Part shown: in pieces, positions 50,055 through 63,910 of the stretch
How the letters are laid out: every line of letters begins with the position of its first letter
Position numbering within the stretch: the stretch's first letter is position 1
Program-made: the position numbers and the translations under genes
Notes under the pieces: model-generated
Seen by the model: only the letters and a program-made list of their open reading frames with translations
Database searches by the model: none
What the model was told of the DNA's origin: nothing
DNA from: Hydrolagus colliei
Taxonomy: Eukaryota
Length of the DNA stretch: 64,000 bases
Reading direction: 5' to 3'
NCBI GenBank assembly: GCA_035084275.1
Contig: CM068743.1
Span: forward strand, 105,524,001 to 105,588,000

Positions 50055-51308
50055 ATAGAATTTTTTGATGAGGTAACGGAATGGGTGGATAATGGTAGCG
50101 CAGTTGATGTAGTTTACATGGACTTTCAAAAGGCATTTGACAAAGTGCCACATGAGAGACTTATTATGAAATTAAAGGCCCATGGCGTAAAAGGGACAGT
50201 GGCAGCGTGGATCCACAACTGGCTGCGAGACAGAAAGCAGAGAGTTGTAGTGAGCGGCTGTTTTTCAGATTGGAGGGAAGTGAGCAGTGGTGTGCCACAG
50301 GGATCAGTTTTGGGACCATTGCTGTTTGTAATCTACATCAATGATCTGGACTTGGGTGTACGGAGTACAGTTTCCAAGTTTGCAGATGACACTAAGTTAG
50401 GGAGAATAGTAAACAGTGAGGAGGATAGTAGCCATCTGCAAGAGGATATAGACAAATTGGTAAAGTGGGCAGACACATGGCAGATGAAGTTTAATGCAGA
50501 GAAGTGTGAGGTGATGCATTTTGGGAGAAGAAATGAAGGGAGGCAATATAGGCTAGATAGTACAATTTTAAATGGTGTAAAGGAACAGAGAGACCTGGGG
50601 ATTTGTGTTAGTGACTCGTTGAAGGTGGCAGGACAGGTAGACAAGGCTGTTAAGAAGGCATATGGGATACTAGGCTTTATAAATAGGGGTATAGAGTACA
50701 AAAGTCAGGAAGTGCTGATTAACCTCTATAGGACTTTGGTGAGGCCTCAGCTGGAATACTGTGTTCAATTCTGGTCACCACACTACAGAAAGGATGTGAA
50801 GGCATTGGAAAGGGTACAACGAAGATTTACTAGGATGGTGCCAGGATTGAGGGACTTCAGCTATGAGGAGAGGCTAGATAGGCTAGGGTTATTCTCTCTG
50901 GAGCAGAGAAGATTGAGGGGAGACCTAATAGAGGTTTATAAGATCATGAGGGGTTTCGACAGGGCAAATAGAGAAAAACTATTTCCACTCGTGGGTGAAT
51001 CTGTGACTCGTGGTCACAGATTTAAAATAGTTTCAAGGCGCAGTAGAGGGGAGCTGAGGAGAATTTTTTTCACTCAGCGAGTTGTTCGAATCTGGAATGC
51101 ATTGCCTGAAAAGGTGGTGGAGGCTGATTCGATAGCAACTTTTAAAAGGGAATTAGATCTTTATTTAGGGAGAACGGGTCTATTAGGCTATGGGGAGCGG
51201 GCAGGGCAGTGGGATTGAATCGCTCTTTTCAAAGAGCCGGCACAGACTAGATGGGCCGAATGGCCTCCTTTTGTGCCGTAAAATTCTATGATTCTATGAT
51301 TCTATGAT
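50055..51308 (+). mobile_element. Young 5'-truncated CR1 LINE with open RT frame, inserted in a minus-strand SINE remnant
   Basis: Stop-free ~387 codons: [59 protein letters not shown]; (ATTCTATG)n CR1 tail at 51283-51308. Confidence 0.96.
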
Positions 51309-53739
51309 AATGACTGTATGTATAATGCAACAGCCAAAGCCCAGATGCTTTCAGACAAAAACAGAAAGAACTTCGTAGACCAGAAATCTATCATCGATAT
51401 ATCAATTAGATTGAGAAGCTGGGAGCAGGGAGACCTATAGGATCCAACTATTTTTCCTACCCCATTTATGATAATTATAGTGATCTTTGCATTTGACATA
51501 ACACCTTAACATGTTTTAAAAATGTCTTAAAACACTTCACAGAATTTACCTGCAAAGTGTAGTGACTCTGCACTTGGTGCACCTGAAGCCATTCTACAGA
51601 AAGCATTGTTCCATAAGAAGAGATCAAGTGAAATAATGCCTCACAAGCAGTAGTACAAGCACTCTGAGATGCTGCCTGGCATGGAGAAAAACTATATAAA
51701 TGCAAGTTGTTGTTGCTTTTGTTGACCAATTTTAGAAACACTACCTTTACTTTTTGAATAGTGTAGTGGGATCTTTAACATCTACCAACTCAGGCAGGTA
51801 AAACATCTGCTTAAATTCTCATCTGAAGGATGGCACATCTGAAAATGGAGTATATCCCCAACACTGTATTGGAGGGCCAGCCTAGATTGTGAGTTCAAAG
51901 ACGTGGGGATTTAACCCACTGCCTTAGAGGTGAGAATACCACCAATTGAGCCAACGTGAAACATTTAACATAGAAACATATTTATTTCTGCACCAGAGAA
52001 AGTCATTCAACCCATTATGTCTGTATCATTTTGTGAAACATGACTCATTTGAGATTATGGCTTCACAAATGTCACACATCTTAACTAAATGGCTCGGAGA
52101 GTTCTATTAACACTATTCAAAAATAAAATATATTTTACCCAGTGTGCTAACCAACAGATAGATTGATCATTCACATAATGGCTATTTGTATGTTTGTTAC
52201 ATAGAGTTAGTAGAGCATTATAGCACAGAAACAGGCAATTGGGCCCAATTAGTCTGTGCCGGAATTTATACTTGGACCCTCCTCATCCCTTCTTTTCCCT
52301 TCTCCCTCATGAATGCATTACATTTTCCCTTGAATAGGTTAGTGCTCTTTGCATCAACTTGTAAGTGAATACTGTACAGCAAACAATTTGCACACAGCAA
52401 TATTTTTCAGATACTTCACTTGACAGCAATCACCTGTGAAGCAATTTGAGATGCCTTACTATATCAAATGCAAAAAATATCATCATATGTCTTTCTCCTC
52501 TCCTTTCACTAGAGTTGTGCTGACAATGACATTCAAATTTGTAATAGCATTTCTTAATTGAGGAAAACAGGAGTTTGTCTCACTGACATGCGGCAGCTCT
52601 GCTCCGACATAATTTAACTACTGAGAAATATTCTCACAGTCAGTGTTATGTGCCTACCATACTTTGCATTAACAAAATACAACAACACAATTACATTTAT
52701 AGAGCGCCTTTCATGTCAGGAAGACGTCCCAAGGCTCTGAATAGTCAGGAAGGGCCCCCATTTGGATCCTTTGTTAAAATCTTATTAGCAAACACTAGAT
52801 ATTGGATTTCAATGTATGAGCGTTGATGTGAAAGGCACGATACAAGTGTAATGTTGTTGTTTAGCTACATCACTTATGAAAAACAGTCTTCAGGCAGTTA
52901 CAACAACAGCAACAAATTGTATTTATATAGCATCCTTCACATGGGGTAATGTATTGGGTCACGTACCAATGGTGTAGTTGCCATATATTTTTAAGCTAAA
53001 TGATTTGAGAGTGAAAGTCAATGATTTGTTTACTTTGTATCAATTCCCAGCAGTGACTGTAATAGTGACAGGAGCCTTGATCCCTGACTGCCTCTAATGC
53101 TGCATTGGACTGTTTTGCAGGTTACTGTGCAGATCGTACTGAGTGGAATCCCATTATTCTTCTATACTTGCTGTGATTGAGCATTCAGTGGGCCGAGTGA
53201 AACCAAATCTCTGAGCCAAACCCTGTGGAACAATGTGCCAGTGCACAAACTCAGTGTGCCAATACAGTAACACGTGTAAATCTGAATTTAATCTCTATCA
53301 AAAAGATTAAGATTAAGAAAAAATCACTACACAAGTTTTCTTTTGGAATGCTGTTCAAAGAAGTTCATTTCTATTTTTCTTTCGATAATCACTTCTCTTG
53401 ATCACTTCTCTTGAAGCCAAACACTTGTCTGAAGGTTTAATTTGTGGTATTTCCTAATGTATGGTTTTTTAATAAGGAATCCGAAGAAGGCATCTAAGGC
53501 AATGCTATAAAGGTGACAGATGCTATATAAATGCTTTTTGTTGTTGAATTCCTGTTTAAAATTCCTGGGCCCCTGCAGGAACACTGCTCCAGTAGTAGAT
53601 TGTATAGGAGCAGTTTCCTGTGAATCTTCATAATGTATTTCTAGTTATGGTGAGAGGCCCTGTTCACCTGAATTAATTCCTCTTTGAAGAATAGGAGGCA
53701 CATTTTCTCCACTGGAAGAGACAGAAGTTGACAAAGGGG

Positions 53740-54070
53740 AACCTGAAAGAGACCTAGGAATGTTAGTAGACTCATCAATCACCACGTCAGAACAGTGTTA
53801 GGCAAATTTAAACGAGGCAGACAACTTGTCAAACAATTAGGTTGTCAAATTAGATGAGTTCACCTTCCTGAAATAATTCTTAAACTCTATAGTGTTCTGG
53901 TCAGGTCACACTTAGACTATTGCACACAGTTTGGTCACTGTGATGTAAGGGGTATTCCCAGGCCTAAAGGCATTTCAGAGGAGAGCAGTGTTTGAGCAAT
54001 GAGCTAGGGTTCTTCAATCTCAGAGGGGATCTTATAGAAGTATAAATGATTGTAAATGGGAATAAGAAAG
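53740..54070 (+). mobile_element. Old CR1 fragment
   Basis: Remnants GAAAGAGACCTAGGA, CTGGTCAGGTCACACTTAGACTATTG and AGAGGGGATCTTATAGAAGTATA align to the 50055 CR1. Confidence 0.6.
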
Positions 54071-54431
54071 TAGATCTCACTCCGATGAATACTTTGCGAT
54101 GCTACATGTGTGAAAAGCGCTATAATAATGCAAACTGTAATAAAATACTTTGAGGATCTTATGGCGGCGGTGGTTTCAATGACTTGGATCCTATGGAAAT
54201 GGGGACAGGAAGTAGCATTGATAGAAGTGCCAGCCTTCTGTTGAGACTACACCAAGACCTGCCTGATCAGGTGGACAGTTAAAGATTCCATTGCACTAGT
54301 CAGAGAAGCAAGATTGTCCAACGGTTCTCGCCAACAATCTCCTGAAATAAAAATTGGATGTTCATTTCATGGCTGTTTGTGGGATATAATTGTGCAATGG
54401 AGCTGCTGCATTTGTCTACAAATACATAGGC

Positions 54432-54730
54432 ATCCTATAGCTCAGTGGGTAGAGCACTCGCCTTAGAAGCGAGAGATCTGGGTTCATTTCCAGGCAGGTA
54501 GGGACAAACCCTTGAGCAAGTTTCCTTACTCCACATGCCTGCTAATAATCCCTAAAAAAAAATGGTCATTTCAATCCACAATTGTGTGTGGGAGACACTG
54601 CTGTGCGCAATTGGGTGCTGCGTTTCACCCACAAATATACATTCAATTCATTTTGCAGTATATTCTGTGAAGCGTTTTGAGATATCTAGAAGATGTGAAA
54701 AGTGCTATATAAACTGCAAAGATTTGTGTT
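54432..54730 (+). mobile_element. Full tRNA-headed Deu-type SINE
   Basis: A box TAGCTCAGTGG, B-box-like GGTTCATTTCC, body and L2-like tail. Confidence 0.88.
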
Positions 54731-55869
54731 TTTATATAGCCACTCAGCTTCACAGTAAATCCTGTGCAACGCTTTGAGATATCCGCTCAATATGAAACAT
54801 TCTGTACCGATTACTGTACAAGGATTATTATTATAGATAATTAGAAACAGATTTGCACACCATCCATGTTCCTAAATCTATAATTTTATCTAATTACCCT
54901 GAATATTTAATATTTCTTGCTACGTTAGCATAATGGTTGTTTAAGAAGTCCTAATATCGCTTATGAAGCATTGGGTGCAGCAGCAATAATTGTACCTCTG
55001 TTTAGTTTTTTTATAGTTGTGTTTATAATAAATATCGTGAAAAGGTGAGTGTGCTAACCACTGAGCTACAGGCCTCCACAAACTCTTATCTGTTTGATTT
55101 AGGCAATAATTGCAGACTTGGATGATTGTAGGTTTAAAATGAATAGCCTAAGGCAGATAAGACATTGGAATATTTGTCCTCTCCTAAAATGGGTATGGGA
55201 TAAAAAATGTTGACACAAAATTAGTTAACTCAATGAAAAATGTATTGTCTTCTTGAACACAGTATTTGAAGGATTTGGTAGAGATTTAGATGAAAAAAAT
55301 TCCATTGGACACCTTAGTTGCATTCTGTTGGAACTGGATGTGGTTATGTGTATGTTTACAGTGTGTGTGTGTGTAGAAGGAGGAGAGACATGGGTGAGTT
55401 AATATCTCTGCCCAGGAGTTGAGAGTTAATGGAAGAGGATTCAATTTTTTTGCAGATATTTTTCCCAAAGCAGTACTAGTTGGTGGATTATATTTTCATC
55501 ACTGATAATACATATGCTGAATCGTACAGAGCAGCAGAGTCTCGCTAAAAAAACTTGTTGGGGTGAAAAATGGGACATTTGTTATGATAATTATCAGTCA
55601 GAATATCTGCTCCTATTATGTCCCAGAACTGACTTTCTATTGATATTTATTTTTAGACAAGGCAGTTTTCACCCCCTTTGCATCATGAGCTCATATTCTC
55701 AGTTGACAATCCAATGCAATGCTGAAGGAGTGCTGTATTGTACAAGTTGCTGAACTCCAGATAGAATTGATCATTCACTTCATGGCTGCCTGTGGGATAT
55801 TGCTGTGCACATATCCACTGCCACATTCGCCTATAAATACAATAACACTTTGCAGAAAATCCTATGTAA

Positions 55870-56222
55870 CACTCGACTTCAAGATCCTTACCCTTGTGTT
55901 TAAATCCCTCCACTCCTCGACAACCCATACCTCTCTAACCTCTCTCATCATAGCAGTACCAGCTGCCTCACTCTACTGGATCAGGCCTGCTGCTTGTCCC
56001 CTGAATCCTCCACCATTGGTAACCATGCTTTCAGCCACTATGCCCCAAAACTTTGGAACACCCTCTCTCAACCCCTTCACCTCACCTCCTCCTGGAGATT
56101 TTTCACTTTGTCTGCACTTCCTCCTCCCCTGGGCTCAGTCTCGGGTTCCACCATTGTTAAGCACTGTGAGAAATGCTGCCCGGCATGGGGGGTGCTGTAG
56201 AAATACAAGCTGTTGTTGTTGA
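55870..56222 (+). mobile_element. L2 LINE 3' fragment
   Basis: [26 protein letters not shown], (GTT)n tail. Confidence 0.85.
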
Positions 56223-57029
56223 GACTTTTCAATGTCATGATAAAACATTTCAACCCCAAAACATAGTCAAAACCAATTTGCAGTAGGTTATCCTATGAAG
56301 TGCTTTGAGTGCCTCAATGATGTGATAGGGCTCTATTATCAAATGCAAGGAGAATTATTGTGATTATATTAAACTTTATTACAGGTCTGCAATGGGTCAA
56401 TTACAACATTGTGTCAGTGATCGAGTGTGCTAAAAAAAAATTACAGGCATAAAAGAAACTTGTTCTTGCATCATAGATTTGCATTGATTGTATTATTTTC
56501 TGTAATCAATGCAGGGTTGATGCTGTGGTTTTGTAGTAGATTGTTCTAATTGCATAACTGTAGAAATATAACAATACAGTCTCGCAATTATTTCTGATGC
56601 ATGATCTTTGGACTGCTTAGCGGTCAACACTATATCATGATAGATATCTGCACGTGTGAAACTGACCAGGTAGACAACCTCAGTCAGAACAGAACAGAAC
56701 ATCCTGTTTGTCACTGTTGAAATCATGTTGGAAATGAATTTGTTTCATTAAAACTGATATTTTTCCGATACAGTGCTGTGAATTGAATTATTGCCATTAT
56801 CTACTTCCTAGCAGCCCCACTTCCTAAGTAAGTCCAAGAACTGTTTGCTCAGTGTTGGAGATATGACTTGAACTGAACGTGCACTGTAACTGGGATAATA
56901 TTGTGGCTTTAAGTAACAGATCCGGGCGTGAAAGTACAGCATTGTGGAGGTAACCTGAAAGCAAGTGGAAGGAATGTGATGTCTGTGAGACAAAAGAACA
57001 TTCACACAATTAATCCACCTATTGTAACA

Positions 57030-57540
57030 TTGTATCTTGTTTCTTTTATATTTTTAATTAAGCCAGTTAATGAATAAGTGTTTTATATATAAAAAACCTG
57101 ATGCTTATGCAAAACAGACTGTTATCGAATCCCAAACCATGGCAACACAAAGCCAGCAATTAATCTTGTAGTGCCAAGTGGTACTAAAGCTGGCTATTCA
57201 GAGTGGCACAGTGACATTGGCAACAAAGCAACCAGCTATTTTAAGCATTACCATGGTGTTGCCATGTGGTCAGTTTTGGTTTCATCTTCAGTCTCTTGCC
57301 AATGTCACACCCAACTGCCATTGGAGACATTGCTCTTATGAAACTGATCCATTGGCAACAAAAGTGCCTGTTTCTCCAACAAAAACAGAACTGCAAGCAG
57401 CTAGGAGTTAAAGACATGCACTTTGCTGTAAGTGGAAGTGCTATGAAGTAGATGATGTTTTATAGAGAAGTGGAATACCCGGTTTGTTGTATCTTGTTTT
57501 AAAGTTTTAATTATGCCATTAATGAATAAGAATTTTACAT
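57030..57540. repeat. ~55-bp imperfect direct repeats (57030-57090, 57487-57540) flanking a GGCAAC/GTTGCC-rich core
   Basis: TTGTATCTTGTTT...TTTTAATTA.GCCA.TTAATGAATAAG..TTTTA occurs at both positions. Confidence 0.75.
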
Positions 57541-57964
57541 ACTTATTGTGCTCTGATGCACTATGTGAATGGTGCTATAGAATTGCAATTGTGGCTGTTG
57601 TTGCAGTTGTTGCTGTTGTGATTCTGAGAAACTGCATTGACCTAAGTCAAAACAACAGTTAATTCCAGTGTTTCCCATTTGCATGTTCATTGTGATGAAC
57701 ATGAGGAGATGGCTTTATTTTAAACAAAATGATGATTTGTAAGATTCTTCTATTTTATATTTATATTAACGAGTATTATTCAAAATTATTATTATGTGCA
57801 TTGCCTTTCACTGGGTGGTAGTGTTTTCAAGGAAAGCTTTTTAAAAAAATACTGAAAAATATTAAACAAAACATTGTTTTAAATGTTGCTTGAATAAGGC
57901 AGAGCGTTGTTATCCCATATTGGGACTTAGAACTTACACAGCCTACACCGACACTCAAATGCCA

Positions 57965-58600
57965 GTGGAGTTGTGTAGCTTAGTGTTTAGAGCACTCACT
58001 TTCCAAGCAAGGAGACATGGGTTTAATTACGGGACATGGCAAGTTTCTTTCCTCCATACGCCTTTGTTTTTCTAGCAGGCAGTAGGAACCTGGTTGTTAG
58101 TTGATTGGCAGAACGCTTTTCTGCGGCAATAACCGCTTTAAAAAAAATGTTAACAAATATTAATTTGGTTGCTCAATCTACGACTTTTTGTGGTACACTG
58201 CTCTATACAATTGGCGCGTTTCACCCACAAAATACACAGTCAATTCACTTTACACTATATTCTGTGAAGCTCTTTGAGATGCCACGAAGACATGATAAGG
58301 CACCAGAGGTGCTGTCTATCAGATGAGGTGTTGCATCAAGGTCCTGTTTGGCTTTTCCGTTGGACATTAAAGATCCCATGGTACTATTCGAAAGATAAAG
58401 GATTTTCGCCAGGTGTCCAGGCCAACAATCCCAAAGTAAAAACTGGTCTTTCACTTCATGGCTATTTGTGGGACGATGCTCTGCATAAATTGACTGTTGC
58501 ATTCACCCACAAAGTGTTGTCACTACACTTTATAGTAAATTCTGTCAAGTGCTTTGAGTTGTCCAACATGAAAGACCCTATATCAAATGTAAGGATTATT
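57965..58600 (+). mobile_element. Young SINE (57965-58300) adjoining an older DeuSINE (58300-58600)
   Basis: Degenerate tRNA head and two Deu-type bodies and tails. Confidence 0.75.
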
Positions 58601-58974
58601 TTTACTACTTTACTGATTATGTTTTCCATGCCAATTTAAAGATACCAGGCCTTACTAGTAATAGTGAATTACAGAGACTATGTGGGGAAGTGTTGGAAGC
58701 AGATTGTGGGTCCAAATTCAAGAGAGCATTAGATGGTTAGGTGGTAGAGATTGATAGGAGGAAAAGGAGTCTATGATTATGTTGTGTTAAAATGGGGTGT
58801 GATGCAACAATTATCATGGACACAAATCATTTTGTGATGGTAAAGAATTGTCTTCATTAGAGCATTTGGGTCTGAACACTCCCTCTCAACTTCTAGAGTA
58901 AAGTTGTTTCCTTTAACCCTTTCAAAATTCAAAATGCCTCTGCAGCAGCAGCAATGACAATCAAAAAGTTACAT

Positions 58975-59300
58975 TTAATAATAATAATCCTTGCATTTGA
59001 TATAGCACTTTTCACATCTTATTGTCGTCTCAAAGCACTTCACAGAATATACTGTAAAGTGAATTGACTGTATATTTGTGGGCAAAATGCAACAGCCAAT
59101 TCTGCACAGCAGTGTCCCTCAAACAGTCGTAGAATGAAAATGACTAATTTTTATTCGTGTTTTTTTTGGATGGATTATTATTAGGCGTGTGTGTGGAGTA
59201 AGGAAACTTGCCCAAGGTTTCGCTCTGATCTGCCTGGATTCGAACACAGGTCTCACGCTTGTAAGACGAGTGCTCTAATCACTGAGCTACAGGAGCTCCA
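58975..59300 (-). mobile_element. Full tRNA-headed Deu-type SINE
   Basis: Reverse complement reads GGAGCTCCTGTAGCTCAGTGATTAGAGCACTCGTCTTACAAGCGTGAGACCTGTGTTCGAATCC, then body and (ATT)n tail. Confidence 0.9.
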
Positions 59301-62300
59301 CATTTGTATAGTACACCCACATACATTTTTAGTTAGCGTGGAATCAAAGCTTCTTATGATTTATAATTTTAACATCTAATCTCAATTTTAATATTCAATC
59401 AATTTTCACATCTTTTACAATAATTTTGGAAATCAGACCCTCACCTATGATTATTATCACATCAAACCTGTAATATCAGTTTTATTTGGAGCATCTCCCA
59501 TCTGATCCTCTCTGGCTATGTTCTGAAACATTTCAGTGGTAAACTATCTTTTCAACTAAGAATATTTGCAGACCTTTTCTCAAAAAAATGTACAAAGTGT
59601 AAGTTTTCAGGGGAGAGAACATTGAAGGTAAATCAAAGCAGAAACACACATTAAGAGGTTTGTAGACCAGTTGCTTACATGCCCTGCAGAATTGAGAGAG
59701 TTACAGGTCTTTCATGATCAGTGAAATTAATTCCAGATTTTTAATTTCACAGTGAATTATGCTTATTACTCTTTAACTTTAAAAAAGAAATGTATTACAA
59801 AGTGCTATATGTTACTTTTATTTTATCCTTGGCACTGAAATCAATTTGCAGATGATGCAATGAATTATGCAGTGCTCAGCATGGTTTCTGATTGACGGTT
59901 CATTGCCTAGGGAATAAGATCAGACCAAGGCTACTTTAGACTTTAAATCACAATTCTTTGAAGTCCTGTTTCTAAAAAGTGACCGACAGTTTACAGGTTT
60001 TTTTTTAGACTGTGAACTTCATATGCGAAGTAACAGTGTTGGCTTATACGTTTATAAAAAATAATCCTTACGTTTGTTATAAAGCCATTCACATTGGGAG
60101 GACAAATCAAAACACTACTGTAAAGTGCAGTGACTGTGTATTTTGTGGATGAACATCCACCCAATAACTCCAATACTTGTTTCCTGCAGATAGGGTTTAG
60201 GCATAACAGGTCTCCTGGCATTCAGATAATAATAATTTAGCATCTCCCTACCAACTGGTGATAATACTCGCCAGAATGACTGACAGTTTCTTCAGGCGTG
60301 CACACCAAGTGACATTAATGACGATCCATTGGCCTGAAAGCACTGATGCTTTCTTCACTGAGACAATATTTAAAAACGTCACAACAGAAAATTGATAAGC
60401 TACTGGGCTTGAGAGGATAGTAAAAATAATTATTGTCTTTAATAAACTGTAAACCTCAATAATACACTTCAGTTGTGATCATAGATTTAAAAAGTATTAT
60501 GCAAAGTTTGAGTTATGCCAAACTTGCATAGAAAATAAACTCTTGTACAGGACTTAGATGTATGACTTAAGCAATTATACGATTTATGGAGGTAAGACTT
60601 ATGCAAGTTCTACTGTAGTGCCTTTCACATCAGGAGGACATGTAAAAGTGTTTCACAGGATAAATTGTGTGTTTTGTAGGTTAAATACGGCAGCCAATTT
60701 TGTACATAGGAAACCTCCCTTCTCTTACAAATAGTTTTGAGGGATCTTCAACTTTCACCTGAACAGGAAAATACAGCTGCTGCATATATCTAAGTTGCTG
60801 TATCCTTTCATTTTTGGGACGTCCTCCCGACGTGAAAGACGCTCTATAAATGTAATTTTTGTTGTTGTTTGTTATTGTTCTGTAATGAGGAACACTAATA
60901 TGTGATTGGCCAAGATTAGTAGGGGATTCCTAACTGAAGGATCCCACTGTTCAGAGTCACTGATTTATTACCTGAGCCACACATCTTCCCATGTGTTACC
61001 TTGCTCTTCATGTGTGTTGTCAGTTAATGATTCCCATTCTGTACGGGTGGTGCTTCTCATTGCTCTGTAGCAAGCCCAAGCACAGTATTTTGACAACATA
61101 CCTTCTAAACTCAGGGGATATTTTGAAGTATGGTTTCTGTATCAATGCTTCAAGTTCTATAGAAATGAGGATTGCATTCTGGCTTTGGTCACAACCCTGT
61201 GTTTTTTCTTGTGATTCAGATACACTACACATACCATAAAATGAATACCACACAGCAGTGGTCAGTAATAGGCTTCCTAAACCCTTAAATTCTGACACAC
61301 TTAAAAGTAATACATTTATCAAGTCAAAGAAAACAAATTAAATTGAATGTTCGTAACTTTATCATGTTGGCAGGCAGTAAAATCTGTAATGTACCCATCC
61401 TCATTAAGCAACAGTTTATTTTAGACTATATTGTTGTAAACTCTATTCTGTCACAGAGAGGTGGCAGATGTCAACCACTGTTGTGATGCTAGCAATTTCC
61501 TTCCAGAAAAGAGATCTTTGTTCTAATGCACAAAGAGCACATCCCACAATTGAGGGTCAATATCAAGATTTCCTGCTGCTGGTCCACCCTAACCATTAGG
61601 GCCTTGTCTTGCAGGGTTAATAGAAGCCGACTGGAATAATTCCCTGCCTTCAAGTACTGGTTTGCCCTCCCAAGTCCTGCCAATGATTCAAATTGGCAGT
61701 GCTGTGACCAGCAGCACTCTGCAATATTACGGACTAAACCTCTGAGTTTCCTCATCAGCTATCTGGCAGACATCGACTCTCAGTGTGATGGGAGGACCTT
61801 TACTGGAAAACTTGCAATGTGCAGACTCCTTGATGTTCACGACACCCAAGTCCATTGCTGCATACCAGGCTCATTCAACACCACCAGATTATTTCAGGTC
61901 CTCATGTGCGTGGTTTTGGCAAATAAATGTGCCTACTGTGAAGCTGCTTCCAATTCCAGGGTGTATAGCGGAGCCAATGTTATTCTACCAATGGGAGAAG
62001 AAAATTCTGCACCTTGTCTCATAGTTCTGTAATAAATACATACAATTCATCAGGCTGTGCCAACAGTTCCAGGAGCAATTTTCAATGTCTTGATTGGTGT
62101 TGAGCCCTGTTGGGAATCTCATCAATGTGGCACCTAGGTTTAGTACTTGTTTCCAACCCATGACACTGTTGAATCCTGATGCAAATATAATGCTTTAAAA
62201 CTTTTGCATTCATTACTTTATCTTACTTCACTTCCTATGTTTTGTAAATTGTGGCGTATTAGTGAGACACAAACATTACCTACATGCACACAGTCAATTC

Positions 62301-63329
62301 ACTACACTTTACGCGAAGGCTTTGTAAACTGGGTTCTTGACATTAATATGAAATGCAAAGGTTGTTATTATTATTATAATCCATAACTATTTTGAAAATT
62401 CAATAACAACATTTCAGGCCCTTAATGATTTTGTTCCAGTTTCTGGAAACTGAGGGTCATTGAGACACTTTCAGTGTGGACAAGAAAATAATGTTTTGCA
62501 TTAATATACAGCATTAAACTAAACCTCATAGTGATCTTGACTATGCAGCAAGATTCAAAACAACGACTTTACCTGTAGGTTTTCCTCAGAAAGGGCTGAC
62601 ATGGTCAGAAAATAAAGGATTGCCAATATGTCAGGTACTCTGAGCGAGGGAGCCAACACATTTCCTGTCTTCAAATTCTGGTGAGTCATTTAAGTTGTTC
62701 TTCAATAATATATTCATTAGGGGGAAATAATAATTGCAGCAATTTTCCTAAGATCTTCGCTAATATCCTCAATACTAGCCAAGTCCAAAGCTATTCTGTC
62801 CTCATCCAACAGTCACACAAAACCCAGGAACCCTAGCTACGTTGTTAACCTTCCTTACTCCTCCATTCCCCCACATCCCGCTTCCATCCTACAGGTCAAC
62901 TCCAGTACCCCTTGATTGGCTCACTTAGTATGGACCAAGAATTGTGGGGAAAGAAACTGCACCCATTTGGGTGAGTGTGAAACCAAACTTGCCACCACAT
63001 TACGTTTTTACATGGCAGTTAGGATGTGGAATACCATACCTGGAACTTGCAGTTGCAGCAGTACTGCATGAGTGATAGAATCAAATTAGTATCTGAAAAT
63101 CTGAAGTATAAATGGGTACAGGAAGCAAGTAGGAGGATAGGAGGATAAATCGATTGCTCTTTCACAGAGGCAAGGACAGGCACCATGGCTTCTTTTCGGT
63201 TTGTAAGTTCCTATAGCTCTATAATTGTCCAAGCTCTTCACAGGATATACTGTGGATTGCTATGACTATTTTGTTGGCTCAACACAGAAGCCATGAACTT
63301 CAGCAGTTGTGCTGATGACGAAATCTTGG

Positions 63330-63910
63330 CAACAACAACAAATTACATTTGTGTAATGCCTTTCATATTGGGAGAATGTACCAAGGCACTGGACAGACAC
63401 TGTTACAGACCCAAGCTGGGGATGGGGTTTGGGGAGGGTGGAGGGCGATGGGGGAAGGAGGATGATTGAAAGCATGGTCTTGAGGGAGGGCCTTGAGGTG
63501 GGTCTTGAAGCAGTCAAATCTGATGGACTGCGGAATGGAGTTCCAGAGGCTAGAACAGAATGGCTTAATGGTAGGGCAGATGAGGTGAGGGATGTGAATG
63601 TGGCTAGAGCCTGCCAATCAGAGGGAGCGGGAAGGTTGGTAGGAGTTAGGAGGTTGCAGAGGTAAAAAGGAGCAAGGCCATGGAGTGTTTTCAAGGTGAG
63701 GTCCAGGATCATAAACTGTAGACTCGTGGGATGGGAAATCAGTGGAGTCATGCGAGGGTGGGGGGGTGATACGGTTACGGAGCCTAGTGCAGGAGAGGAC
63801 ACAGGCTGCAGAGTTCTGGATGATCTGCAGCCTGTGGAGGGAGGCTTTGGGGAGGCCGCCAAGCAAGGAATATGCACAGTCAAGTCTGGATGTTATGAAT
63901 GCATGTATGC
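63330..63910 (-). mobile_element. L2 LINE 3' fragment (family B tail)
   Basis: LHRLQIIQNSAACVLS, LTLKTLHGLAP, LWNSIPQS, (GTT)n tail. Confidence 0.88.

Noticed and set aside
50046-51218. 390-aa reverse transcriptase ORF as a domesticated host gene
   Set aside because: 5'-truncated, starts at a chance GTG in flanking DNA, and has an intact CR1 tail; best explained as a young insertion.
61452-61468. AGAGAGGTGGCAG as a CTCF site
   Set aside because: Lacks the 5' CC of the core; too weak to call from sequence alone.
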